NCBI GenBank assembly: GCA_964016885.1
Contig: OZ024745.1
Location: 4,650,001-4,714,000 of the forward strand
Length of the DNA stretch: 64,000 nt
Direction of reading: 5' to 3'
DNA from: Eledone cirrhosa
Lineage: Eukaryota
The notes beneath the pieces are model-generated. The model had not been told where the DNA came from, did not search any database, and worked only from the letters and a program-made list of their open reading frames with translations. Shown in pieces: positions 52,873 through 64,000 of this stretch (position 1 is the first letter of the stretch; each line of letters opens with the position of its first letter). The position numbers and the translations under genes were made by a program.

Positions 52873-53101
52873 TTAACCCTTTAGCATTTAAACCGGCCAT
52901 ATCCGGCCAGAATTCTCTCACCTTTTTCTATTTAAACCGGCTGTAACTGGCCACTCATACTTATGTTAATGTATTGTTCTCAAAATAAATAATATTAAAA
53001 TCTCATAGATTCAATATTATGTGAGATATTATGTAAGATAAAGCCTTTACCCCCAAAAATACAATAGCATATACAGAGTAATGTAAATGCTAAAGGGTTA
53101 A
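52873..53101 (-). mobile_element. piggyBac-type MITE (~220 bp)
   Basis: TTAA-CCCTTTAGCATTTA ... TAAATGCTAAAGGG-TTAA. Confidence 0.92.
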
Positions 53102-53325
53102 ACCTATATATATTATTTATATATTGTGATATGAAAGTACAACTTTTCTTATTCATGTATGTATTTATTCTTATGGGGGTAAATAAAATCCACAAGCCAC
53201 TACCATAAGACTTAAGGGTCAGTCCATCTCATGGTCCTGGTGGGAGACAGGATGGAGAAGACATTGCCCCAGAGGATGGCAGTGAGGAAGATGTGCTGGA
53301 ACAGACACTCCACCTTGTGGGGTTC

Positions 53326-54599
53326 ACACCTGCAGGTAGCCAACTCCACCCCTATAACAGGGATGTGGTCTAGGGACCAAGACTACCAGAAGTAACCACT
53401 GCCACACCTGCAGGTAGCCAACTCCACCCCTATAACAGGGATGTGGTCTAGGGACCAAGACTACCAGAAGTAACCACTGCCACACCTGCAGGTAGCTAAC
53501 TCCACCCCTATAACAGGGATATAGTCTAGGGACCAAGACTACCAGAAGTAACCACTGCCACACCTGCAGGTAGCTAACTCCACCCTTATAACAGGGATAT
53601 AGTCTAGGGACCAAGACTACCAGAAGTAGCCACTGCCACACCTGCAGGTAGCTAACTCCACCCCTATAACAGGGATGTGGTCTAGGGACCAAGACTACCA
53701 GAAGTAACCACTGCCACACCTGCAGGTAGCTAACTCCACCCCTATAACAGGGATATAGTCTAGGGACCAAGACTACCAGAAGTAACCACTGCCACACCTG
53801 CAGGTAGCTAACTCCACCCTTATAACAGGGATATAGTCTAGGGACCAAGACTACCAGAAGTAGCCACTGCCACACCTGCAGGTAGCTAACTCCACCCCTA
53901 TAACAGGGATGTGGTCTAGGGACCAAGACTACCAGAAGTAACCACTGCCACACCTGCAGGTAGCTAACTCCACCCCTATAACAGGGATATAGTCTAGGGA
54001 CCAAGACTACCAGAAGTAACCACTGCCACACCTGCAGGTAGCTAACTCCACCCTTATAACAGGGATATAGTCTAGGGACCAAGACTACCAGAAGTAGCCA
54101 CTGCCACACCTGCAGGTAGCTAACTCCACCCCTATAACAGGGATGTGGTCTAGGGACCAAGACTACCAGAAGTAACCACTGCCACACCTGCAGGTAGCTA
54201 ACTCCACCCCTATAACAGGGATATAGTCTAGGGACCAAGACTACCAGAAGTAACCACTGCCACACCTGCAGGTAGCTAACTCCACCCTTATAACAGGGAT
54301 ATAGTCTAGGGACCAAGACTACCAGAAGTAGCCACTGCCACACCTGCAGGTAGCTAACTCCACCCCTATAACAGGGATGTGGTCTAGGGACCAAGACTAC
54401 CAGAAGTAACCACTGCCACACCTGCAGGTAGCTAACTCCACCCCTATAACAGGGATGTGGTCTGGGGACCAAGACTGCCAGAAGTAACCACTGCCACACC
54501 TGCAGGTAGCCAACTGCACCCCTATAACAGGGATGTGGTCTGGGGACCAAGACAGCCAGAAGTAACCACTGCCACACTTGCAGGTAGCCAATTCCACTC
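53326..54599. repeat. 78-bp minisatellite, ~16 copies, with 234-bp (3-unit) higher order
   Basis: Unit variants cycle in threes (PHPCYR / LYPCYK / LYPCYR in the ORF track). Confidence 0.97.
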
Positions 54600-55114
54600 C
54601 AGTAACAGTGAACAGGGATGTTTATTTAATCAATCTAAACATGCGTATAGAGCTAATAAGCCATGACTAGGGGAGGTATGAAAGAGAGGGCAACAAGAGG
54701 CAAAATAAGGATTACTAATAGTGTGAAAAGTAACAATTATAAAGTTTCATAGCTGCCATTTATTGAAAGGTCTTGTTTATGGTTAGTTGATCGTTGAAAA
54801 TATATTGTGAAGTCTGTGTTGCTGAGGATGTTTAACATCTAAGTCTTTCGAATTACTAAAGCTGTGTTAGTCATTAAGCTAATATTGTCTTTTCCTCACT
54901 TCATAAGTATTTTTAATTAGATTTTTAATGCTCACTACATTAAATATGCTAACATCAATTTTCCTTTTTGACCGATGGGCAGCAATGACATAGAATGTTT
55001 CTTAGACGTTTTAAACCTGGTGGAACTCATCTCTCACTGGGTTTGAATGTAGCCGATTTCTTCTAGAGTAAGAGAGAGTGAGTGTAGTAGAGAGGAAATG
55101 AGAAAGAGATTTAC

Positions 55115-55275
55115 AGGGAAAATTGACCCTACTACTGGACTGGTATATTTTTTATCGACCTCAAAAGGATGCAAACCAAAATTGACCTTGGTTGGATTTG
55201 AACCCAGATCACAGAGAGCCAGAATAAAAACCACAAAGTATCCAAGATTCTTATGATTCTGCCAATTTGCTGCTT
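55115..55275 (-). mobile_element. SINE (same core family)
   Basis: ACTGGTATATTTTTTATCGACCTCAAAAGGATGCAAACC...GGATTTGAACCC. Confidence 0.75.
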
Positions 55276-56489
55276 AACACTAATTAAAGGTCTTCTGTAG
55301 ATGAGCTGCCGTTGTTTATAATAACTGTAGTGATTTGATGATCTTTAATAGAAGTAAAGGTCTGCTGTAGATGAGTTCCTGTTGTTTGTAATAAAATTGT
55401 TGATTGTGATGGAGTGAGGATTATTCACTTTGTAGTGCTGTTTTGTTTTTCTTTTTTAGGTGTGATGATTGTGTTATGTTCCTTAGAGTCCACATAGAGA
55501 GTAGCAAGGAAAGCATAGTTTTCAAAACCCATCATTATTGTTGTCATGGCAGCCTCCAGTTTTCACGCTGCAGGCACTAATGTATTTGTTGAGGTCTTGA
55601 TTAATAATCAGTTATTTCTCTGATATTTACACCTTTCAGGAATTCACCAATTCCTTTGCTTCTTTTATCAGCTTTCTCTGATATATCTCAGTTATTTTTC
55701 TGAAATGTCTAGTTTTATTGATGATTCAGACTGAGTATGAGACATTCTAGATGTTTCTATAGCCTTTTATAAATACCTTTGTTGAATGGAATTCAACCAT
55801 CCCATTTAAGATTTCTTTTGTCAGAAAGCTAACTTATTAGTCTATGTTGACCATAAGACAAATAAGCAAACAGTTTATATTTTATGTAGTTATGCTGTTA
55901 TTATTGCTGTTATTGTTGCTGTTGTTGTAGCCGATTAACACAGCAAGTTTCCATCAAACAGAATTTGGTTTGGCTTGCAGCAGTAAGTTTGTGCTGCTTT
56001 ATTCCTATTCTTTACAATAAGATTATGAAGGAGAATGGTAAGACAGTTCAACAATTCATCCATTATCCTTGCTTGCAAAGATGGATTATTCTTCTATTCA
56101 CATTACAGCTTATTAATTTTTCCTTAGATCTCTTGCATTTATTTCTGGCTGTTTTGTTCTAAATGTTACTTTTATTATCTGATTTTGATATCTTTCATGT
56201 ATTGTTTAATCTGCTGCGGGTTGTGGTGTAGCTTGCTATTTTCCTTGATCCTATTTCAAGCAAAATCATATAACTGGAACTTGACAGTTCTTAAGTGCTT
56301 CTTATTGCTTCTTTAACTGTACTCATTCACTCTTGCAGTGCCTTAAACTTTCTCTCTCTTCTGCTCATTTCACATAGAGTCAATATACATATGTATGTGC
56401 AAGTAGTTAATCTGATGTCCATTTTATAGTTATATTTATAGTTAGAAATATACTTCTGTCCACATCTATAAAAAGAATACCCCCCCCCC

Positions 56490-56536
<47 letters not shown>

Positions 56537-56589
56537 AAATTAGAATTGGTGCTCTGAAATAGCGATGTATATATGAATGTATATATAGT

Positions 56590-57998
56590 CATCATCATCA
56601 TCATCATCACCGTTTTACATCCGTTCTTCCACGCTAGCATGGGTTAGACGGGTTGTCCTGTTGTGGGCAGTGTCTGGTCGGTTGACCATGCCTTGCTCAT
56701 ACAGGAACTGATTTGGCTTTATTTCTACAGCTGGATGCCCTTCCTAACACCAACCTCATTTAAAGTGAGTGCTGGGTGCTTTTTCGTGGCGCCTACACGT
56801 CCATTTTACAGTGTGGGCTGGTTGCTTTTTTGCCGTGGCACCTCTACGACCACCTTGTGGTGGGGGAAGTGGGGGCATATTGTTTATATGCTTCAGCATG
56901 TACCCATGGGAGGTCGGGTACTCTGTATTACTGCGTGACGCCAGAAGTCACGGTCGTGTGTCATTGACTTTGAGAGGTGTAGTTGGGTAAGGTCGGCTTT
57001 TATCACCTCATCCCAGGTCATCTTGGGTCTCCCCACTCTGCGGTTTCCATCAACTTCTAGTGCTTTGCACCTTTTTATGCAGCTGTCATCCTTCATACAC
57101 ATCACATGTCCATACCAGTGCAACCGCCTTTCCTGCACACAGCATTTGATTCCTCTTATGCTCAGTCTCTCTCTCAATTCATTTATGCTTTGTCGTTCAC
57201 GTATATTACTGTTACACATCCATCGGAGCATGCAGGCTTCGTTTCTCTCTAATCTACGTAAGTCTTCCACCTTCAGCGCCCAGGTCTCACTACCATGCAA
57301 CATTGCTGTTCGGATACACGCATCATACAGTCTGCCTTTCATTCTGAGGGAGAAGCCTTTTGCAGCTAGCAGTGGTAGTAGTTCCCTAAACTTCTTCCAT
57401 CCCGTTCTTACCCTAGTTATTGTACTTTCTGAACACCCACCTCTGCTGCTAATTCGGTCACCTAGGTAGCAGAAGCTGTCTACTGTTTCTACAGAGCCCT
57501 CCCAGAGATTGGTGGTACTTGTTTCCTGTGGCTGTTTGCTGCTTGCTGTCTCAGCACAGCTGCTGCACGTGAAGCCTACATTCTTAATTAAGCTTCCTGA
57601 GATCCCGCTACATCTCTTGTGTACCCATTGTTTGCATTTGGGGCAGAGAATGGAGTTCCTACCTACACCTTTCCTACATACTGAGCAAGGCCATTTGCCT
57701 GAGGGGATCTGGGTTCTGTTTTCTCGTCTACTTACAAGGACCTTAGTCTTTGTCATGTTGACTTTGAGACCCTTTCTTTCTAGTCCCTGCTTCCAAGTTT
57801 GGAATTTATTCTCTAGTTCTATCATAGATTCAGCTATGAGTGCGAGGTCATCAGCATACAGGAGTTCCCATGGGCATCCGGTCTTAAACTCCTCCGTTAT
57901 TGCCTGCAGGACTATGATGAACAGGATGGGGCTAAGAACAGAGCCCTGGTGGACCCCAACCTGTACGCTAAATTCCTCGCTATACTCATTGCTAATCC
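56590..57998 (-). mobile_element. 5'-truncated RTE LINE with 3' UTR
   Basis: GVHQGSVLSP, YADD, Cys-rich insert, WYGHVMCM, GRPKMTW; (CAT)n tail; possible TAGT TSD. Confidence 0.94.
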
Positions 57999-58189
57999 TA
58001 GTGTATTTGGTAATACATTATGCTTAATTAAAAGCATTTTGAAGACCTTACACTGTATATATACATTCATATATACATCGCTATTTCAGAGCACCAATTC
58101 TAATTTTCAATTTTTGCTGGACCGGCAACCGCTCTGTATAATCAGTTCCTGATTATTACTGGAATTCTATAAGAATTCAACATTCATAA

Positions 58190-58281
58190 TTTTCAACAGA
58201 CAAGGGGAGTGCTAAGCTCTGAGGAATACCAACAGTATGAAACAGAGATCTGTCAGCTTATCTCCCTTTGTTTGTTGAAAA
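58190..58281 (+). ncRNA. Canonical type I hammerhead ribozyme
   Basis: Stem I TAAGCT/AGCTTA plus a 20-bp extension; CTGAGGA 58219-25; stem II ATAC-CAACA-GTAT; GAAA 58239-42; stem III CAG-AGAT-CTG; GUC cleavage after 58254. Confidence 0.93.
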
Positions 58282-58853
58282 AAGAAGTAAGTGACATAGT
58301 CACTATTTTAAAACAATAGCGTAAGGTCTTCAAAATGCTTTTAATTAAGCATACAGTGTATTGCAAAATACACTATATATACATTCATATATATATATAT
58401 ATAGAGAGAGAGATGTATGTATATATATATATAGATATGTGTGTGTATATATATTGAAGATACACTGTATTTATCTATGTTTTTCTTCTTCTATATCTCA
58501 GTATTAAATCACACTTGATACACACAGACATCACAACACACACATATATTTTTATATGCTAACAGAATTGTGTTAAACCTGAAATCTTGGATTTTTTTAG
58601 AAACTCTTGTAGTTCTGGTTCTGTAACTATTGTTTCCCATTATATCATGCAGAAGTTATATCTACTTTCCACTTATAAATAAACTAACCTCTGTACACAT
58701 GTGAGGTTCAATTCAGTTGTGATTGATTATTGATCTGTATCCCTAAAACTGCAATTTCCTAAACTTGAGGGTTAAAACATTCTTTAAACACCATCCTGTT
58801 ATATTTACAGATGTTGACATCCAAACACTGCCTATTTTTCTGTTGTTTTTTCC

Positions 58854-59222
58854 CATCTGTCATAAGACCCACAACATAGATCTGGACAGATGTAAAGTTC
58901 TAACTATTACCTGCTCATCTGTCATAAGACCCACAACATAGATGTGGACAGATGTAAAGTTCTAACTATTACCTGCTCATCTGTCATAAGACCCACAACA
59001 TGGATGTGGACAGATGTAAAGTTCTAACTATTACCTGCTCATCTGTCACGAGTGCCACAGCATAGATGTGGACAGATCTAAAGTTCTAACTATTACCTGC
59101 TCATCTGTCACGAGTCCCACAATATAGATGTGGACAGATCTAAAGTTCTAACCTGCTCATCTGTCACGAGTCCCACAGCATAGATGTGGACAGATGTAAA
59201 GTACTAACCTGCTCATCTGTCA
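58854..59222. repeat. 62/56-bp minisatellite, ~6 copies
   Basis: CATCTGTCATAAGACCCACAACATAGATGTGGACAGATGTAAAGTTCTAACTATTACCTGCT. Confidence 0.92.
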
Positions 59223-59544
59223 TGAGTCTTCACAGTTCACATTTCAAGTTGGTGCAGTATTTGTTCCCAATCACATTAATACTGTAACCAACTCTATAAT
59301 GTAGTTACAACTAATACTAATCTCTGATCAAGTGTCAGGTCAAATACAGACATCTGTGTGAATAAGGTTGCCCTGTATTTTATAGATTTGATCATCTGTG
59401 TTGGGGACAGGGAGAGTATGAGGATTTAGACTTTACAAGTAAAAAGGTTGTTGTTGTTAGGTTAGGTGTTGTGGGTAAATGTCAGCAGAAAAACAACACA
59501 AAGGAGATTGATGTACCTAAACAAAACATGGATTACATGAGAGA

Positions 59545-62500
59545 TGATATAGTATTGGTTGTGAAAGATATAGTATGGGGATGAAAGATATAGTATGGAT
59601 GTGATAGATATAATATGGGTGTGAAAGATATAGTATGGCTGTGAAAGATATAGTATGGATGTGATAGATATAGTATGGGTCTGAAAGATATAGTGTGCGT
59701 GTGATAGATATAGTATGGGTGTGATAGATATAGTATAGTTGTGATAGATATAGTATGGGTGTGATAGATATAGTATAGTTGTGATAGATATAGTATGGGC
59801 GGGTTAGATATAGTATGGGTGTGATAGATATAGTATGGGTGTGATAGATATAGTATGGGTGTGATAGATATAGTATAGTTGTGATAGATATAGTATGGGA
59901 GTGATAGATGTAGTATAGTTGTGATAGATATAGTATAGTTGTGATAGATATAGTGTAGTAGTGATAGATATAGTATAGTTGTGATAGATATAGTATGGGA
60001 GTGATAGATATAGTATAGTTGTGATAGATATATGGGAGTGATAGATATAGTATGGGAGTGAAAGATATAGTATAGTTGTGATAGATATAGTATAGTTGTG
60101 ATAGATATAGTATAGTTGTGAAAGAAATAGTATAGTTATGATAGATATAGTATGGGTGTGATAGATATAGTATGGTTGTGATAGATATAGTATGGGTGTG
60201 ATAGATATAGTAGGGGTGTGATAGATAATGTATAGTTGTGATAGATATAGTATGGGTGTGATAGATATAGTATGGTTGTGATAGATATAGTATGGCTGTG
60301 ATAGATATAGTATAGTTTTGATACATATAGCATAGTTGTGACATATATAGTATGCGAGTGATAGATATAATATAGTTGTGATAGATATAGTATAGGTCTG
60401 ATAGATATAGTATAATTTTGATAGATATAGTATAGTTGTGATAGATATAGTATGGGTGTGATAGATATAGTATGGGTGTGATAGATATAGTGTGGGTGTG
60501 ATAGATATAGTATGGTTGTGAAAGATATAGTATGGGTGTAATAGATATAGTATGGGTGTGATAGATATAGTATAGTTATGATAGATATAGTATAGTTGTG
60601 AAAGATATAGTATGGGAGTGATAGATATAGTATGGGTGTGATAGATATAGTATAGGTCTGATAGATATAGTATAATTTTGATAGATATAGTATAGTTGTG
60701 ATAGATATAGTATGGGTGTGATAGATATAGTATAGTTGTGATAGATATAGTATGTGAGTGATAGATATAGTATGGAGTGATAGATATAGTGTGGGTGTGA
60801 TAGATATAGTATGGTTGTGAAAGATATAGTATGGGTGTAATAGATATAGTATGGGAGTGATAGATATAGTATAGTTGTGAGAGATATTGTATGGGTGTGT
60901 TAGATATAGTATTGGTGTGATAGATATAGTATGGGTGTGATAGATATAATATGGGTGTGATAGATACAGTATAGTTTTGATAGATATATTATTGGAGTGA
61001 TAGATATAGTATGGGTGTGAAAGATATAGTATGGGTATGAAAGATATGGTATGGGTGTGATACATATAGTATGGGTGTGAAAGATATAGTATGGGTGTGA
61101 TACATATAGTATGGGTGTGATATATATAGTATAGTTGTGATAGATATAGTATGGGTGGGTTAGATATAGTATGTGTGTGATAGATATAGTATGGGTGTGA
61201 TAGATATAGTATAGTTGTGATAGATACAGTATGGGCGTGATATATATAGTATGGGTGTGAAAGATATAGTATGAGTGTGAAAGATATAGTATGGATGTGA
61301 TAGATATAATATGGGTGTAAAAGATATAGTATGGGTGTGATAGATATAGTATGGTTGTGAAAGATATAGTATGGGTGTGATAGATATAGTATGGATGTGA
61401 TAGATATAGTATGGGTGTGAAAGATATAGTATGGGTGTGATAGATATAGTATGGGTGTGAAAGATATAGTATGGATGTGATAGATATAGTATGGGTGTGA
61501 AAGATATAGTATGGGTGTGATAGATATAGTATGGATGTGATAGATATAGTATGGGTGTGAAAGATATAGTATGGATGTGATAGATATAGTATGGGTGTGA
61601 AAGATATAGTATGGGTGTGATAGATATAGTATAGTTGTGATAGATATAGTATGGGAGTGACAGATATAGCATGGGAGTGAGAGATATAGTATAGTTGTGA
61701 TAGATATAGTATGGGTGTGATAGATATAGTATAGTTGTGATATATATAGTATAGTTGTGATAGATCTAGTATAGTTGTGATAGATATGGTATGGGTGTGA
61801 TAGATATAGTATGAGTGTGATTGATATAGTATGGGTGTGATAGATATAGTATTGTTGTGATCGATATAGTATGGGTGTGATAGATATAGTATGGTTGTGA
61901 TAGATATAGTATGGGTGTGATAGATATAGTATTGTTGTGATAGATATAGTATAGGTGTGATAGATATAGCATAGTTGTGATAGATATAGTATGGGTGTGA
62001 TAGATATAGTATAGTTGTGATAGATATAGTATAGTTGTGATAGATATAGTATGGGAGTGAAAGATATAGTATGAGTGTGAAAAATATAGTATAATTGTGA
62101 TAGATATAGTATAGTTGTGATAGATAGTATGGGAGTGATAGATATAGTATGGGTGTGATAGATATAGTATGGGTGTGATAGATATAGTATGGGTGTGATA
62201 AATATAGTGTGGGTGTGATAGATATAGTGTGGGTGTGATAGATATAGTGTGGGTGTGATAGATATAGTATAGTTGTGATAGATATAGTATAGTTGTGATA
62301 GATCGTATGGGAGTGATAGATATAGTATTGGTGTGATAGATATAGTATTGGTGTGATAGATATAGTACGGGTGTGATAGATATAGTATAGTTGTGATTGA
62401 TATAGTATGGGTGTGATAGATATAGTATAGTTTTGATAGATATAGTATGGGAGTGATAGATATAGTATGGGTGTGATAGATATAGTATGGGCGGGTTAGA

Positions 62501-64000
62501 TATAGTATGGGTGTGATAGATATAGTATGGGTGTGATAGATATAGTATGGGTGTGATAGATATAGTATAGTTGTGATAGATATAGTATGGGTGTAATAGA
62601 TATAGTATAGTTGTGATAGATATAGTATAGTTGTGATAGATCGTATGGGAGTGATAGATATAGTATGGGTGTGATAGATATATTGTGGGTGTGATAGATA
62701 TAGTATGGGTGTGATAGATATAGTATGGGTGAGATAGATATAGTATAGTTGTGATAGATATAGTATGGGTGTGATAGATATAGTATAGATTTGATAGATA
62801 TAGTATGGGAGTGATTGATATAGTATGGGTGTGATAGATATAGTGTGGGTGTGATAGATATAGTATAGTTGTGATAGATATAGTATGGGTGTGATAGATA
62901 TAGTATAGTTGCGATATATATATTATAGTTGTGATAGATATAGTATAGGAGTGATAGATATAGTATAGTTGTGATAGATATCGTATGGGTGTGTTAGATA
63001 TAGTATTGGTGTGATAGATATAGTATGGGTGTGATAGATATAGTATAGGAGTGATAGATATAGTATAGTTGTGATAGATATCGTATGGGTGTGTTAGATA
63101 TAGTATTGGTGTGATAGATATAATATGGGTGTGATTGATATAGTATTGTTTTGATAGATATATTATTGGAGTGATAGATATAGTATGGGTGTGAAAGATA
63201 TAGTATGGGTGTGAAAGATATGGTATGTTTGTGATAGATATAGTATGGGTGTGAAAGATATAGTAAGGGTGTGATACATATAGTATGGGTGTGATAGATG
63301 TAGTATAGTTGTGATAGATATAGTATGGATGGGTTAGATATAGTATGGGTGTGATAGATATAGTATAGTTGTGATAGATACAGTATGGGCGTGATATATA
63401 TAGTATGGGTGTGAAAGATATAGTATGGGGATGAAAGATATAGTATGGATGTGATAGATATAATATGGGTGTGAAAGATATAGTATGGCTGTGAAAGATA
63501 TAGTATGGATGTGATAGATATAGTATGGGTCTGAAAGATATAGTATGGGTGTGATAGATATAGTATAGTTGTGATAGATATAGTATGGGAGTGACAGATA
63601 TAGTATAGTTGTGATAGATATAGTATGGGTGTGGTAGATACAGTATAGTTGTGATATATATAGTGTAGTTGTGATAGATATAGTATGGGTGTAATCGATA
63701 TTGTATAGTTGTGATAGATATAGTATAGTTGTGATAGATATAGTATGGGAGTGAAAGATATAGTATGAGTGTAAAAAATATAGTATAGTTGTGATAGATA
63801 TAGTATGGGTGTGATTGATATAGTATGGGTGTGATAGATATAGTATAGTTGTGATAGATATAGTATGGGAGTGATAGATATAGTATGGGTGTCAAAGATA
63901 TAGTATGGGTGTGAAAGATATAGTATGGGAGTGATAGATATAGTATGGGTGTCAAAGATATAGTATGGGTGTGAAAGATATAGTATGGGTGTGATAGATA
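59545..64000. repeat. 20-bp satellite, >220 monomers, runs off the right edge
   Basis: GTGATAGATATAGTATGGGT / ...GTATAGTT variants. The long YYIYHT ORFs are artefacts. Confidence 0.98.

Larger units (their letters stand above)
56536..58393. mobile_element. Hammerhead-containing ~320-nt retrozyme/pLTR-like element: + monomer 58051-58370 and an inverted partial copy split by an RTE
   Basis: Monomer start is repeated at 58371-93. 58000-58051 is the reverse complement of 58321-58374, and 56536-56589 is the reverse complement of ~58052-58107. (TA)n on both flanks. Confidence 0.8.

Noticed and set aside
55441-55660. Strong + strand acceptors near 55460 and 55640, and a minus-strand donor near 52266
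   Set aside because: No convincing partner sites or recognisable coding sequence.
36821-57998. Two RTE copies both ~1.41 kb long
   Set aside because: They truncate at different ORF positions and have different 3' UTRs, so the equal length is probably coincidence.
59517-63955. Long His/Tyr/Ile ORFs (up to 729 aa)
   Set aside because: They are translations of a 20-bp satellite whose minus strand rarely forms stops.

Overview
This is repeat-saturated animal DNA, most likely an octopod cephalopod. That call is an inference from the SINE, RTE and MITE families and the AT and microsatellite content. No complete host gene is visible. The window holds a 22.6-kb 26-bp satellite, several minisatellites, a 20-bp GATA-rich satellite at the end, 5'-truncated RTE and CR1 LINEs, SINEs and a piggyBac-type MITE family. 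Four things stand out. (1) A 1.7-kb foldback element (48303-50016, 8-bp TSD, inserted in a SINE tail) whose two ~775-bp inverted arms each carry a captured RMND5-like first coding exon with its splice donor. (2) A canonical type I hammerhead ribozyme in a ~320-nt unit whose end is joined to its own start, like a retrozyme or circular RNA (56536-58393). (3) A 4.7-kb head-to-head Penelope-like element with a GIY-YIG nuclease and a minimal hammerhead near each outer end, plus further intact or decayed hammerheads elsewhere. (4) A 2.7-kb minisatellite that appears to be a tandem amplification of an exon 3' end and its AG|GTAAGT donor. All structures were read by eye; no searches or folding programs were run.
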